A stretch of 64,000 nucleotides of DNA from Prochlorococcus sp. AG-402-N23 (GTDB lineage Bacteria > Cyanobacteriota > Cyanobacteriia > PCC-6307 > Cyanobiaceae), in assembly GCA_003216355.1 (NCBI GenBank), contig QCIX01000005.1, positions 759-64,758 on the forward strand, read 5' to 3'. The notes under the pieces were generated by a model. That model was not told the origin of the DNA, made no database searches, and saw nothing but the letters and a program-made list of their open reading frames with translations. Position numbers and translations under genes: made by a program. Positions 10,045 to 21,094 of this stretch are shown in pieces; position 1 is the stretch's first letter, and each line of letters begins with the position of its first letter.

Positions 10045-10681
10045 GATTTTCTTTCATAAAATTTTTGATTTTCCCTTTTTCCAAGAATAATATCCTAGAA
10101 GGAATTCCCTCAAATAAAGCAGGTTCATGAGTAACAATAATAATTGTATTTTTATTTTTTAAATCAAGAATTAAATTCTTCACATCATTTCTCATTGAAT
10201 AGTCTAATCCAGCAGTTGGTTCATCAAGTAAAAGAATTGAGGGGTTTCTAAGTAGTTGAACTGCTACAGCTAACCGCCTTTGTTGCCCGCCACTTAGTTG
10301 TTCTGGTGGTTGGGTCAGATTAATTTTTTTTAAACCAACTTTATTTAAAACTATTTCTATATTTTTTTCTCTTAAAGATTTATGGCCTATTTTTAATTCT
10401 TTCCCAATAGTTGTACCTATAAAGTATCTTTCAGGAAATTGGAATACTACTCCACAAAACCATCTTCTTTGTCTAGAAGACAAAATTTTATTCTTCCAAG
10501 TAATTTTTCCCTTTTGCGGATTTGTTAATCCGCTTATTATTTCCAGTAGTGTTGTTTTCCCAGAACCACTATTGCCGCAAATTAAAATGATTTCATTTTC
10601 ATGAACTTTTAAATTTAAATTGTCTATTATTTTTCTTTCACCAGTTTGGGGTTGATAAGATATTTCTTTTAAATCAAGCAT
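10034..10681 (-). CDS. ABC transporter ATP-binding protein
   Basis: [26 protein letters not shown]. Confidence 0.9.
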   Translation of the reverse strand: MLDLKEISYQPQTGERKIIDNLNLKVHENEIILICGNSGSGKTTLLEIISGLTNPQKGKITWKNKILSSRQRRWFCGVVFQFPERYFIGTTIGKELKIGHKSLREKNIEIVLNKVGLKKINLTQPPEQLSGGQQRRLAVAVQLLRNPSILLLDEPTAGLDYSMRNDVKNLILDLKNKNTIIIVTHEPALFEGIPSRILFLEKGKIKNFMKENHAG

Positions 10682-10764
10682 TATTAATTAAGTTATAGGT
10701 ATGAATTTGAATCTAGTAATAACTTACTTATAATAGCTTTAGATCCAAAAAGATATTAGTCAAT

Positions 10765-11208
10765 ATGAATATTATTTTTAGGGAAGTTGATCCTTTTAAT
10801 TGTTGGATATGGATCAGGTTTTCAGAATCACCAACTCAAGACGAAAAAAATTATTTAGATGGTGTTTTTGATAGTTGGTACGTTTTGGGAAGGTTAGGTG
10901 GATTTAATTCTGAAAATTTGCAAACTCATGAAGAGGGTTCCGATCTAAGTTGGATGTCCTATGATAATGACCAAAAAAATGCATCTCTTCCAGCCTTAAT
11001 GCATAATTTAGGAATTATGGAATATCAAAATCTTTGGGGAAGATGTTGGGTTGATTTTGGAACTTCAGACTCCATTTCAATAGATATATTAATTAATTCT
11101 TTGAATGAGATATCAAATAATTATGTAAAAATTGAAGAGTTAATTATTGGGGGTGAAAATAATGATTGGTCAGTTGAAGAACATGAAGATTTAGTTTTCA
11201 AAGATTAA
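10765..11208 (+). CDS. DUF3531 family protein
   Basis: LGRLGGFNSENLQ, LMHN, WGRCWVDFGTSD motifs. Confidence 0.8.
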   Translation: MNIIFREVDPFNCWIWIRFSESPTQDEKNYLDGVFDSWYVLGRLGGFNSENLQTHEEGSDLSWMSYDNDQKNASLPALMHNLGIMEYQNLWGRCWVDFGTSDSISIDILINSLNEISNNYVKIEELIIGGENNDWSVEEHEDLVFKD

Positions 11209-11217
11209 GTGTTTTAG

Positions 11218-11991
11218 ATGGAAGACTTAACAAGATTAATTATTTCCCATGAAAGAATTGAAAATATTAAGAACAATAATTTAGAACTTTCTAAAGAAGA
11301 GGCTCATTATTTAAATAAAGTAATGAGGATAAAAAATGGTAAAAAAATATTTATAGCTAACGGAGAGGGTTCATTATGGAAAGCTATAAAAGTTAAAAAT
11401 GATTGCTTAGAAATAATTAAATCAAAAAAACCTTACTTATTTCAAGAACAAGAAATTCACTTATTAGGAATAGCTGTTGTTATACCAAAAAGTGGTTTTG
11501 AGGATATTTTAAAAATGTGTACTGAAATAGGAATTGATTATATACAGCCATTATTTTCAGAAAGACAGGTAAACAAAAATTTAAATTTTTCTAGAAAACT
11601 TATGAGATGGAATTTAATTATCAATGAAGCTGTTGAGCAAAGTGAGAGATTATGGAAACCATCTATTTTAAATGGAATGGATATTATTGAATGGCTAAAA
11701 AGTAGAGATAATCAAGAAAGAGTTTCAATTTCTATAACTAGAGAAGAAACACTATATGACTTAAATCAATGGTTAAGAAAACAACAAGAATTTGGAAATA
11801 AAAAAGGAGGTATTTTTTGGAATGTAATTGGTCCTGAAGGAGGTTGGTCCGCTAAAGAAATAGATTTTTTTAAAAAAAATCATATTACCTTCGTTAAGCT
11901 TTCCGACACTATCTTAAGAACTTCAACGGCTAGTATTAACGCATCATCAATTCTAAATCAGTGGAGAATTGATTTGAAATTAAAGAATTAG
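11218..11991 (+). CDS. rsmE: 16S rRNA m3U1498 methyltransferase
   Basis: HYLNKVMR, EAVEQSER, IGPEGGWS, ILRTSTA. Confidence 0.93.
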   Translation: MEDLTRLIISHERIENIKNNNLELSKEEAHYLNKVMRIKNGKKIFIANGEGSLWKAIKVKNDCLEIIKSKKPYLFQEQEIHLLGIAVVIPKSGFEDILKMCTEIGIDYIQPLFSERQVNKNLNFSRKLMRWNLIINEAVEQSERLWKPSILNGMDIIEWLKSRDNQERVSISITREETLYDLNQWLRKQQEFGNKKGGIFWNVIGPEGGWSAKEIDFFKKNHITFVKLSDTILRTSTASINASSILNQWRIDLKLKN

Positions 11992-11997
11992 ATAAAT

Positions 11998-12741
11998 ATG
12001 GATTTAATTAGAAATCAATTTTTTATAGGTTTTTGCATTAATTTTATTTTGATTTATATATTTTGCAGGATTCCTTTGATGACGAAAAGTGGTTGGGTAA
12101 GTGCAGGCATCTTAGGCACAATTTTGTGGGGATGTTTGTCTTGGCAGGGATGGATGTCAGTTGTAATTTATTTATTATTTGGATCCCTCGTTACCAAAAT
12201 AGGTTTTAAATTTAAAAAAGCACAAGGAATTGCTGAAAAAAGAGGCGGCAGGAGAGGTCCTGAGAATGTATGGGGCTCAGCAGCTACAGGATTACTTCTT
12301 GCCATTATGACCAAATTTAATGCTGCAAATGTAGTGATGTTTAAAGTAGGTTTTGCTGCAAGTTTTGCTGCAAAGTTGGCGGACACTTTTGGTAGCGAAA
12401 TTGGAAAAAGATTTGGTAGAGACACATACTTAATTACTTCACTTAAAAAGGTGGATAGGGGAACTGAGGGAGGAATAAGTATAGAAGGAACATTAGCTAG
12501 TGTTTTGGGATCAATATTTATGGCTTTTATAATGCTTCGTCTATCAATTATTTCTACAAAATATCATTTTATAGTTGTTGTAGTTTCTGGATTCTTGGCA
12601 ACACTTACTGAAAGTATTATTGGTGCTAAATTTCAAAACAAATATAAATTAAGTAATGAATTGGTAAATGCTATTCAGACAAGTATTGCTTCTGTTTTTG
12701 CTATCTTTGCTCTTATTTTATATTCATATTTTTTAAATTAA
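11998..12741 (+). CDS. DUF92/TIGR00297 membrane protein
   Basis: GRRGPENVWGS, LADTFGSEIGK, GTEGGISIEG. Confidence 0.88.
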   Translation: MDLIRNQFFIGFCINFILIYIFCRIPLMTKSGWVSAGILGTILWGCLSWQGWMSVVIYLLFGSLVTKIGFKFKKAQGIAEKRGGRRGPENVWGSAATGLLLAIMTKFNAANVVMFKVGFAASFAAKLADTFGSEIGKRFGRDTYLITSLKKVDRGTEGGISIEGTLASVLGSIFMAFIMLRLSIISTKYHFIVVVVSGFLATLTESIIGAKFQNKYKLSNELVNAIQTSIASVFAIFALILYSYFLN

Positions 12742-12757
12742 TAATATTTGGAAAGAC

Positions 12758-13402
12758 CTAAGATTCCTTCCATTTTGCAAGAATCTCCCAGCTTTTAAGT
12801 CTTTGAAAAAGCCAGAAATGACCTTCGGAATTTAGATGAATTCCATCATGCGTAATCCAATTTTTACTCCTTTTATCAGAGTACATTTCTCTAAAAGTAG
12901 GAAGAAATGGGACATTCTGATTGAGGCATACTTCCTCCATTCTCCTTTCATAAGAATTACAAAAATCATTTGAGTACCATAGACATCCTGCGAACGGCAT
13001 TTTGCTTTCGTCAACTGGTGTCAAACCAATAACAAATACATTTGTTTGAGAGTTCATTTCATTAATTAGCCTCTCTAATCCATATTCAAATCCATCTATA
13101 TCTAATTGATGTCTTCCATTTATCTGACCAATTGCTGCAGTGTCGTTAAGACCAATATTAAGCAGAATTGCTTTAGGTTTATTTCTTCTCGTTTCTCCTC
13201 TAGATGACCATTCTTTTTCCCATCTAGATGAAACTTTTTCTATCCCATCTCCCCTAACGCCAAGTTGATAAATAACTGGCCCATTTTGGTTATTACCCCA
13301 ATCTTTTCTAAGCCTCTCACACCATCCACCACCCTCATTATCTCCCCATCCATAAACTGAGCTATCTCCAATTACAACAAGCTGTTTTGGTAAACTAATC
13401 AC
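12758..13402 (-). CDS. SGNH/GDSL hydrolase
   Basis: IGDSS, GLND, DGIH. Confidence 0.88.
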   Translation of the reverse strand: MISLPKQLVVIGDSSVYGWGDNEGGGWCERLRKDWGNNQNGPVIYQLGVRGDGIEKVSSRWEKEWSSRGETRRNKPKAILLNIGLNDTAAIGQINGRHQLDIDGFEYGLERLINEMNSQTNVFVIGLTPVDESKMPFAGCLWYSNDFCNSYERRMEEVCLNQNVPFLPTFREMYSDKRSKNWITHDGIHLNSEGHFWLFQRLKSWEILAKWKES

Positions 13403-13451
13403 TATAACCGAAAAAAAATAATTACTTGATTTAACAAATTATTCCTACAAA

Positions 13452-14954
13452 TCAAGTTAGACTATTTTTGATTTTACCATTTATTAATTCTCCAACTATC
13501 GCGATGGAGCTATAAGCTATCAAAACTATGGTGACTTCTTGCCATGCGAAGGAACTTAGTGATTCTTGCAGTTGCCAACCAAGACCAACACTTCCAATGA
13601 CCCCAACAATTGCAGTTTCTCTAATAATGATGTCAGATCTATAAGCGCAATATGCTAAGTAACTTTTTGCTTGTTGAGAAAATAAACCTAAAAGCCAACT
13701 AGTCTTTTTTGAGATTCCTAAAGATTTCATTGCAATGTAATTTCTTCTATCTTGGCTATCTAGATTTTTTAAAAGTAATTTGCTTGTAATGCCAGCGTTG
13801 TGAAAACCCAAAGTTAAAGCTGCCAAAGATAAAGAAGGATTATTAAAAGTTAATAGAATTAGAAGTATTACAGGTGTAGGTATTAAACGTAATAAAAATG
13901 CAAAAATTTTTATAAAAATTTTAGAACTATTATTGTTAAAAATTCCTATTACTAATGGAGGTAAACTAATTGCGATTCCTGTTGATAAAAGACTTAAAAT
14001 TATTGTTTCTAATATAAGTTTTAAGCAATCAAATAATCCTAAATCTGAGCTTGATTTAAATAGAGAACTAACGGAATTAAAATTTTCGAAATCATTATTA
14101 AAAATAAAATAAAGAAAATATAAAAAAGAAAATAAAATTGTTATGAAAAAAACTGCAATAAAAAAAATAGATAGGATTTTATTTGTAGTATTAAATTTTA
14201 TTTTTTTGAATATTAATCCAGAAAGAATTATCAAAATTGCTAAGGACCATAAATAAGTCCATAACTCTCTAAAATTCAAAGTTTGGAAAGATAAAAAAAT
14301 ACTGGTACCTATTCCTCCAATCCCAAAAAGTCCTAAAATCACAGTACTTCTTATTGAACACTCTAATCGATATAAACCAAAGTTTTTAAATGTATTTATT
14401 ATTGGATTCCATATTAAAGTTAGTAGAGAAGAAACTTTAGGTGCATTTATTTGATTTATAGATTCAAAACTTTTGTAGTCAATAGTTTCTAATTGTTCAG
14501 CAAAAACTTTTGAATTTACAGCAATATAAGGTATACATATAGCTATTATTCCTATCGAAAAATTTATTCCATATATTTGCATTAGTATTATTCCCCAAAC
14601 CACTTCGTGTATGGATCTAATTATTGTCAGAAAAAACCTTATTATGCGGTAGAAAAAATTTGGAATATTAAAGATTTTATAAAAAATATTTGAGGAAATT
14701 ATTCCAAAAATTGCTCCAAAAATAATACTTACTAACCAACTAAAAAAACCAATTAAAATAGTTTCATTTAATCGCTTAATTACGGTAATAATAATTTCAT
14801 TATGGATCTTGGGATTAAATGCAGAAATTAAGAATTCTTGGAATAATTTAAATCCTCCAAAATGAATATTGTTTATTAATTGATACCCTAGAGGTATGCA
14901 TACCAAAATTGGAAGAAAAGATAATGAGGTATAGTTTAATTTTAATTTGTTCAA
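13452..14954 (-). CDS. phnE: phosphonate-type ABC permease (two fused permease domains)
   Basis: repeated YRLECSIRSTVILG / YRSDIIIRETAIVG motifs; operon with phnC and phnD. Confidence 0.85.
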   Translation of the reverse strand: MNKLKLNYTSLSFLPILVCIPLGYQLINNIHFGGFKLFQEFLISAFNPKIHNEIIITVIKRLNETILIGFFSWLVSIIFGAIFGIISSNIFYKIFNIPNFFYRIIRFFLTIIRSIHEVVWGIILMQIYGINFSIGIIAICIPYIAVNSKVFAEQLETIDYKSFESINQINAPKVSSLLTLIWNPIINTFKNFGLYRLECSIRSTVILGLFGIGGIGTSIFLSFQTLNFRELWTYLWSLAILIILSGLIFKKIKFNTTNKILSIFFIAVFFITILFSFLYFLYFIFNNDFENFNSVSSLFKSSSDLGLFDCLKLILETIILSLLSTGIAISLPPLVIGIFNNNSSKIFIKIFAFLLRLIPTPVILLILLTFNNPSLSLAALTLGFHNAGITSKLLLKNLDSQDRRNYIAMKSLGISKKTSWLLGLFSQQAKSYLAYCAYRSDIIIRETAIVGVIGSVGLGWQLQESLSSFAWQEVTIVLIAYSSIAIVGELINGKIKNSLT

Positions 14955-14958
14955 CTAA

Positions 14959-15699
14959 TTAATATATTTTCTCTAAATGAATCTTCTTTAAGTTATTTCT
15001 TTTGATATTGAAAAAAATTTTACCATCCCTTATTCCAATAACTTTATCGAAATCGTTCAGCAAATCTAATCTATGTAATGCAACTAATGCCGTCTTTGGG
15101 GATTTTTTTGTATTATTTTTATCGACACTTTCTAGCATTAGGTTTTTAATTGTTGTTATCAATTTGGGATCTAGATTATTAAAAGGCTCATCTGCAAGTA
15201 ATATATTTGATTCTTGAATTAATGATCTAGCTATAGCCACCCTTTGTTTTTGCCCCCCAGATAGTTTTCTGATTTTTTTGTCGTAAATAGAGTTATGAAG
15301 TCTACATAATTTCATATATTTATGCGCCTTCTTAAAAGAACTTATATTTAGTAAATTTTTAAAAGCGAAATAAAAATTGTTTTCCGCTAGTAGTCCACAA
15401 TTAACATTTTGTTCTGCAGAGAGATCTTCTATTAATCTTAAATCTTGCCATATAGTTGTTATTTTACTTTTCTGCTTTCTATCTAATTCCTCGAAACTTT
15501 CATTGAATAATTTAACCTTACCTTGAGTTGGCTTGATAGTGCCATTAAGTACTGATATAAGTGTAGTTTTTCCTGAACCGCTTTTACCTAAAAGTGCAAT
15601 TTTTTCCCCAGAATTTATTTTTAAATTTATTTTATTTAGGATCAGATCATTTTTGTATTTATAAGATATATTTTCTAATTCTAAGACAGTATTATTCAT
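14959..15699 (-). CDS. phnC: phosphonate-type ABC ATPase
   Basis: GKSGSGKT, LSGGQKQRVAIAR, LADEP. Confidence 0.85.
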   Translation of the reverse strand: MNNTVLELENISYKYKNDLILNKINLKINSGEKIALLGKSGSGKTTLISVLNGTIKPTQGKVKLFNESFEELDRKQKSKITTIWQDLRLIEDLSAEQNVNCGLLAENNFYFAFKNLLNISSFKKAHKYMKLCRLHNSIYDKKIRKLSGGQKQRVAIARSLIQESNILLADEPFNNLDPKLITTIKNLMLESVDKNNTKKSPKTALVALHRLDLLNDFDKVIGIRDGKIFFNIKRNNLKKIHLEKIY

Positions 15700-16589
15700 C
15701 TAATTTTATTTAATTTCCTCCCGATTTCCTCTATATTTTTATATTGTTTTGGTTCTGCCTTTATAAATCTTTTTGCATTGAACATATCTAATATCTGTTT
15801 ATGTGATTTTTGCTTTATATCTAAATTTAGAATTACTGATTGAAGTTCTTTTGTAAACCCTTCCCCGAATCTATTTTCAAGATCACCTTGAGCTACCCAA
15901 TGATAGTCAACATATTCTGGTGTGATCCAGAATAATTCTAAATTACTTGTTCTTTTGGGATTATTTATAAGATTGTTTTCCCAAACCTGTTTATTTAAAG
16001 CTCCAGCATCAAATGCCCCACTATTAACTAAAGCTATAGTGGCATCATGACTCCCACTAAAACCTGCTTTTTTTCCTTTAAAATGTTTAATTTCTACCCC
16101 TGCTTGATTTAAAAAATATTCTGGCATTAATCTTCCAGAAGTTGAGTTTTCAGAGCCAAAAGTAAATCTTAAATTCTTTAGTTTTTTAAGTCCTTTAATG
16201 TTTGAAATTGAGTTAAGTTCTAAATTTTTGTTTACTATAAAAACACTTTTAAATTCCTTATCGATATCTCTTTGAGCTATGACAATTGAATTAGGTGTTT
16301 GTAATCTTGCTTGAACTCCTGATAAACCGCCAAACCAAACCAAATCTAAATCTTTAGTTCTAAATCCAGTTACTGCTGCAACATAATTAATAACAGGAAT
16401 GTATTTAACTTCTACATCAAGTTGTTTGGATAATTCTTTTGAAAATAAATTAAATCTTTTGTCCAAAACATCTTGGTTTTGATCAGGTATTGCTCCAACT
16501 TTTAAAACTTTGGGATTTGAAAATACAGGTGATGAAAAAACAGAAAATAATAGAGATGAACTTAGTAGGAAATTCTTTAAATTAAACAT
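15696..16589 (-). CDS. phnD: phosphonate/phosphite-type ABC substrate-binding protein
   Basis: signal peptide; GSENSTSGRLMP, GSHDA, YVDYHW. Confidence 0.88.
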   Translation of the reverse strand: MFNLKNFLLSSSLLFSVFSSPVFSNPKVLKVGAIPDQNQDVLDKRFNLFSKELSKQLDVEVKYIPVINYVAAVTGFRTKDLDLVWFGGLSGVQARLQTPNSIVIAQRDIDKEFKSVFIVNKNLELNSISNIKGLKKLKNLRFTFGSENSTSGRLMPEYFLNQAGVEIKHFKGKKAGFSGSHDATIALVNSGAFDAGALNKQVWENNLINNPKRTSNLELFWITPEYVDYHWVAQGDLENRFGEGFTKELQSVILNLDIKQKSHKQILDMFNAKRFIKAEPKQYKNIEEIGRKLNKIR

Positions 16590-16601
16590 AACTTAGTTAA
16601 A

Positions 16602-17798
16602 TTAATAGTATGCAGAGATTGCTTTTTCAATCCTCTGTAGTCCATCTTTTATTTTAATTTCTGAAGCTGCACAAGAGATTCTTATACATTCGTCAGCCCC
16701 AAAAGCTTTTCCAGGTACAACAACTAATCCATAATCTTGAAGAGCTTTGTTGCAGAAATCAACGGAAGTAATTGAAGAGTTAGGTAATTTTGGAAATGCA
16801 TAAAATGCTCCATTTGGTTCTTCAATATAAATACCATTTATATTCTTAAGGCCCTCATAGACAAGACTTCTTCTTTTATCATAATGGCTATTTATCATAG
16901 AGAAAAATTCATTATTAATTTTTAAAGCCTCTAAAGCACCTTTTTGAACAAAAGAGCAAACATTACTTGTACTTTGACTTTGTAATGCTGAGGATGCTTT
17001 GACTACATCTTTAGGACCTACTAAATAACCTATCCTCCAGCCAGTCATAGCCCAACCTTTCGCAAATCCATTTATTATAAAAATCCTATCTTTTAAGTCA
17101 TTTGCTAGTGAAGATATACTGTAGTGTTTAAATTCTTTTTTAATGATTAGTTCGTAAATCTCATCAGATAGAATATTGATATTTGGATTTTCTCTGGCTA
17201 AATCGGCAATTTGTAATAATTCTTCCTTTGACATAACTCTTCCAGTAGGGTTATTAGGAGAATTGATAATTATAAATTTAGTTTTTGAAGATATTTTAGA
17301 CTTCAAATCTTCTATATTTATTTTGAATCCATCTTCTGCAGAAGAATTTGTAAAAATTGGCTTCCCACCCGCCAATCTAACCATCTGGGGATAACTTAAC
17401 CAATATGGAGAAGGAATAATAACTTCGTCTCCAGTATTTAACATGACTTGGAAAAGATTATATATTGCTTGCTTAGCACCATTTGTGACCATTACATTTT
17501 CAAATTCATAATTTAAATTGTTTTGAATTTGAAGTTTATTTGCAATTGCTTTTCGGAGATCTAAATTCCCCGCTGCGGGCCCGTACTTTGTAAATCCATC
17601 AAATATAGCTTTACTTGTAGCCTCTATAACTTCTTTTGGGGCATCAAAATTAGGTTCACCTGCACTTAAATTGCAAATATCTACTCCTTCTGCAGATAAT
17701 TGATTTGCTTTAGCACTTATCTGCAATGTAAGAGAAGGCTCAATTGAAAGTGCCCGATCAGATAAATTAACTTGACTCATTGACTTATGACTTTTCAA
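16602..17798 (-). CDS. class I PLP aminotransferase (aspartate aminotransferase-like)
   Basis: GEPNF, NGAKQA, NSPNNPTG, SDEIY, GFAKGWAMTGWRIG. Confidence 0.92.
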   Translation of the reverse strand: MKSHKSMSQVNLSDRALSIEPSLTLQISAKANQLSAEGVDICNLSAGEPNFDAPKEVIEATSKAIFDGFTKYGPAAGNLDLRKAIANKLQIQNNLNYEFENVMVTNGAKQAIYNLFQVMLNTGDEVIIPSPYWLSYPQMVRLAGGKPIFTNSSAEDGFKINIEDLKSKISSKTKFIIINSPNNPTGRVMSKEELLQIADLARENPNINILSDEIYELIIKKEFKHYSISSLANDLKDRIFIINGFAKGWAMTGWRIGYLVGPKDVVKASSALQSQSTSNVCSFVQKGALEALKINNEFFSMINSHYDKRRSLVYEGLKNINGIYIEEPNGAFYAFPKLPNSSITSVDFCNKALQDYGLVVVPGKAFGADECIRISCAASEIKIKDGLQRIEKAISAYY

Positions 17799-17941
17799 AT
17801 ATGACTTTTAATAATGACAAATGCATAAATTAAGAATAAATAAAACTATCACACTATGGTTTAATTTAGTTCATTTTCTTAATCTATTTTATTTTCATGT
17901 TTTGAGTTCTTAAGATAAAAATATTTAAAGTTTTATTTTCG

Positions 17942-18445
17942 GTGAAAAGGTTAGTAATTGGGAGAGGAAGTGTATTTGCAGATTTGTTAGTAATTGGTGA
18001 GGCACCTGGAGCCCAGGAAGATTTAGAAGGAAAACCTTATGTAGGTAAATCTGGTAAGTTATTAAACGAATTATTAATACAAGCTGGAATTGATTATAAG
18101 AAGGATGTTTATTTTTGTAATGTAATTAAATGTCGTCCACCAAATAATAGAAAACCCACCGCTAAAGAAATTAATATTCATAAACCTTGGTTATTACAGC
18201 AAATAAAGTTAGTCGATCCAAAATTTATATTACTTACTGGCTCTACTGCTATGAAAGCTATTTTAGAAGTTAAAGATCCTATAAGTAATTTAAGAGGTCA
18301 ATGGATTAAAAAAGATGGGAGAGAAATTATGGTAATTTTTCATCCATCTTATTTGTTGAGATTTCCTTCAAAAGAAATCAATAAACCTTACCATCTAACT
18401 TTGAAAGACCTAGAGAATGTAAGTGGTAAACTATATGCCGTATAA
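17942..18445 (+). CDS. uracil-DNA glycosylase, family 4-like
   Basis: IGEAPG, KCRPPNNRKP, FHPSYLLR. Confidence 0.9.
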   Translation: MKRLVIGRGSVFADLLVIGEAPGAQEDLEGKPYVGKSGKLLNELLIQAGIDYKKDVYFCNVIKCRPPNNRKPTAKEINIHKPWLLQQIKLVDPKFILLTGSTAMKAILEVKDPISNLRGQWIKKDGREIMVIFHPSYLLRFPSKEINKPYHLTLKDLENVSGKLYAV

Positions 18446-18480
18446 TTTAGTGAAATCCTTTTTGAATATCAAGAATTTTA

Positions 18481-19698
18481 ATGTCATTAACTCAATCTAA
18501 AGAGGTTAATAGTCTCTCCAAAAGATATTCAACTCATATTGAGAGAAGGATAACTAGAACAGTAATGGTGGGTGATATAGCTATTGGAAGTGATTATCCA
18601 GTAAGAGTTCAATCGATGATAAATGAAGATACTATGGATGTCGAAAATGCTTACTTAGCTATCAAAAGACTTCATGATGTGGGTTGTGAAATAGTAAGGT
18701 TAACTGTCCCTTCCTTAGCGCATGCCAAAGCAGTAGGAGATATAAAGGCAAAATTACTAGAAAATAATATCAATACCCCCTTGGTGGCTGATGTTCACCA
18801 TAATGGTATGAAAATTGCAATGGAAGTTGCAAAACATGTCGATAAAGTAAGAATTAATCCTGGATTGTTTGTTTTTGAAAAATCAGACCCTACAAGAACT
18901 GAATATACAGATGAGGAATTTGAAACTATTAAGCAAACAATACTTAAAAGATTTACCCCTTTAGTTGAAGTTTTAAAGACTGAAAACAAAGCTCTAAGGA
19001 TTGGAGTTAATCATGGGTCTCTATCTGAGAGGATGCTTTTTACTTATGGAGATACACCATTAGGAATGACAGAATCTGCGATGGAGTTCGTCAAAATTTG
19101 TGATGAGCTTGATTTTCATAACATAATTATTTCTATGAAAGCTTCTAGGGCTCCGGTTATGATGGCAGCTTACAGAATGATTGCAGATAGGCTTGACTCA
19201 GAAGGATATAACTATCCCTTACATTTAGGAGTGACCGAAGCTGGTGATGGTGATTATGGAAGGATTAAAAGTACTGCTGGAATTGGAACGCTTTTAGCAG
19301 AGGGATTAGGTGATACCATCAGGGTTTCCTTAACAGAAGCTCCAGAAAAGGAAATACCAGTGTGCTATTCAATTTTGCAATCTTTAGGATTAAGAAAAAC
19401 AATGGTTGAATACATCAGTTGCCCCAGTTGTGGTAGAACACTTTTCAATCTAGAAGAAGTTGTAGATAAAGTTAGGAACGCTACCTCACATTTGACGGGT
19501 CTAGATATAGCAATAATGGGATGTATTGTTAATGGGCCAGGAGAAATGGCAGATGCTGATTATGGTTATGTTGGAAAAGGTAAAGGAACTATTGCCTTAT
19601 ATAGAAGAAAAGAAGAGATAAAAAGAGTACCTGAAGATGAGGGTGTTAATGCTTTAATCCAACTTATTAAGGATGATGGAAAGTGGATTGATCCTTAA
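18481..19698 (+). CDS. ispG: HMBPP synthase
   Basis: [41 protein letters not shown]. Confidence 0.97.
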   Translation: MSLTQSKEVNSLSKRYSTHIERRITRTVMVGDIAIGSDYPVRVQSMINEDTMDVENAYLAIKRLHDVGCEIVRLTVPSLAHAKAVGDIKAKLLENNINTPLVADVHHNGMKIAMEVAKHVDKVRINPGLFVFEKSDPTRTEYTDEEFETIKQTILKRFTPLVEVLKTENKALRIGVNHGSLSERMLFTYGDTPLGMTESAMEFVKICDELDFHNIIISMKASRAPVMMAAYRMIADRLDSEGYNYPLHLGVTEAGDGDYGRIKSTAGIGTLLAEGLGDTIRVSLTEAPEKEIPVCYSILQSLGLRKTMVEYISCPSCGRTLFNLEEVVDKVRNATSHLTGLDIAIMGCIVNGPGEMADADYGYVGKGKGTIALYRRKEEIKRVPEDEGVNALIQLIKDDGKWIDP

Positions 19699-19747
19699 GG
19701 ATTTGTCAAATTTTTGAATTATAAATAAATTCTTTTTATAATAAAAA

Positions 19748-21094
19748 ATGTCGAATTATTTGAAGATAAGAAAATTGCTTAAAAAAAAATCTATATTTCT
19801 GTTTGCGACATCCTTTTCTGGGTTATTTTTAAATAATTTTGCAGAGGCAACAGTTTTAAATAATAGTTATAAAGAAGTAATTGATCATGTTTGGCAAATT
19901 GTATATAGAGATTTTCTTGATTCAAACGGCAAATTTCAAAAGTCCAATTGGATTAATCTAAGAAAAGAAGTTTTATCAAAAACATATTCAGACAGCAATG
20001 AAGCATATGATGCGATTAGAGATATGCTTTCTAATTTAGATGATTCTTATACAAGATTTTTAGAACCTAAGGAATTTAATCAAATGAGAATTGATACCTC
20101 TGGCGAATTAACTGGAGTTGGTATCCAAATAGTTAAAGATAAAGAATCTGATGATTTAATAATTATTTCTCCCATAGAGGGCACCCCTGCATTTGATGCT
20201 GGAATTAAAGCTAGAGATAAAATATTATCCATAGATGATATTTCTACTGAAGGTATGAATATTGAGGATGCCGTGAAATTAATAAGAGGACAAAGAGGTA
20301 CTAAAGTAAAGCTTGAAATTCTTAGAGGTTCTCAATCCTTTTTTAAGACTTTATCAAGAGAAAAAATTGAAATAAAATCTGTATCAAGTAAAGTCAATCA
20401 AACCAAAAATGGCTTATCAATTGGCTATGTAAGAATTAAACAATTTAATGCAAATGCATCCAAAGAAACTAGAGATGCTATTAAGGATTTAGAAACAAAA
20501 AAAGTCGCAGGATATGTTCTTGACTTGAGAAGTAATCCTGGAGGTTTATTAGAATCAAGCATTGATATCTCAAGGCACTTCATTAACAAAGGAGTAATAG
20601 TAAGTACAGTAAGTAAAGATGGTTTAAAAGAAACAAAAAAAGGAAACGGTCAAGCTCTAACAAAAAAGCCCTTAGTTGTCTTAGTTAATGAGGGTTCTGC
20701 TAGTGCTAGTGAAATAGTTTCTGGTGCAATAAAAGATAACAAAAGAGGAAAATTAGTTGGGAAGAAAACATTTGGTAAAGGTCTAGTTCAATCCATGAGA
20801 ACTTTAGTTGATGGTTCAGGCCTAACTGTTACAGTCGCTAAGTATTTAACTCCGAACGGCACTGATATAAACAAATCTGGAATTATTCCAGACATAGAAG
20901 TAAGAATGAATATAAACCCTATACTTCAAAGAGAGATAGGAACTAGAAAAGATAAACAATATAGAGCTGGTGAAAAAGAGCTAATAAATATAATTAATAG
21001 AAAGAATCAGATAAGCGAATTTAATCCCGACACCACAAACCTTAATGCATTACTAAAAATTAATAAGGAAGATAAAGTATTTTCATTAAATTAA
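19748..21094 (+). CDS. carboxyl-terminal processing protease (S41A, CtpA family)
   Basis: PDZ domain, DLRSNPGG, SASASE, TFGKG. Confidence 0.93.
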   Translation: MSNYLKIRKLLKKKSIFLFATSFSGLFLNNFAEATVLNNSYKEVIDHVWQIVYRDFLDSNGKFQKSNWINLRKEVLSKTYSDSNEAYDAIRDMLSNLDDSYTRFLEPKEFNQMRIDTSGELTGVGIQIVKDKESDDLIIISPIEGTPAFDAGIKARDKILSIDDISTEGMNIEDAVKLIRGQRGTKVKLEILRGSQSFFKTLSREKIEIKSVSSKVNQTKNGLSIGYVRIKQFNANASKETRDAIKDLETKKVAGYVLDLRSNPGGLLESSIDISRHFINKGVIVSTVSKDGLKETKKGNGQALTKKPLVVLVNEGSASASEIVSGAIKDNKRGKLVGKKTFGKGLVQSMRTLVDGSGLTVTVAKYLTPNGTDINKSGIIPDIEVRMNINPILQREIGTRKDKQYRAGEKELINIINRKNQISEFNPDTTNLNALLKINKEDKVFSLN

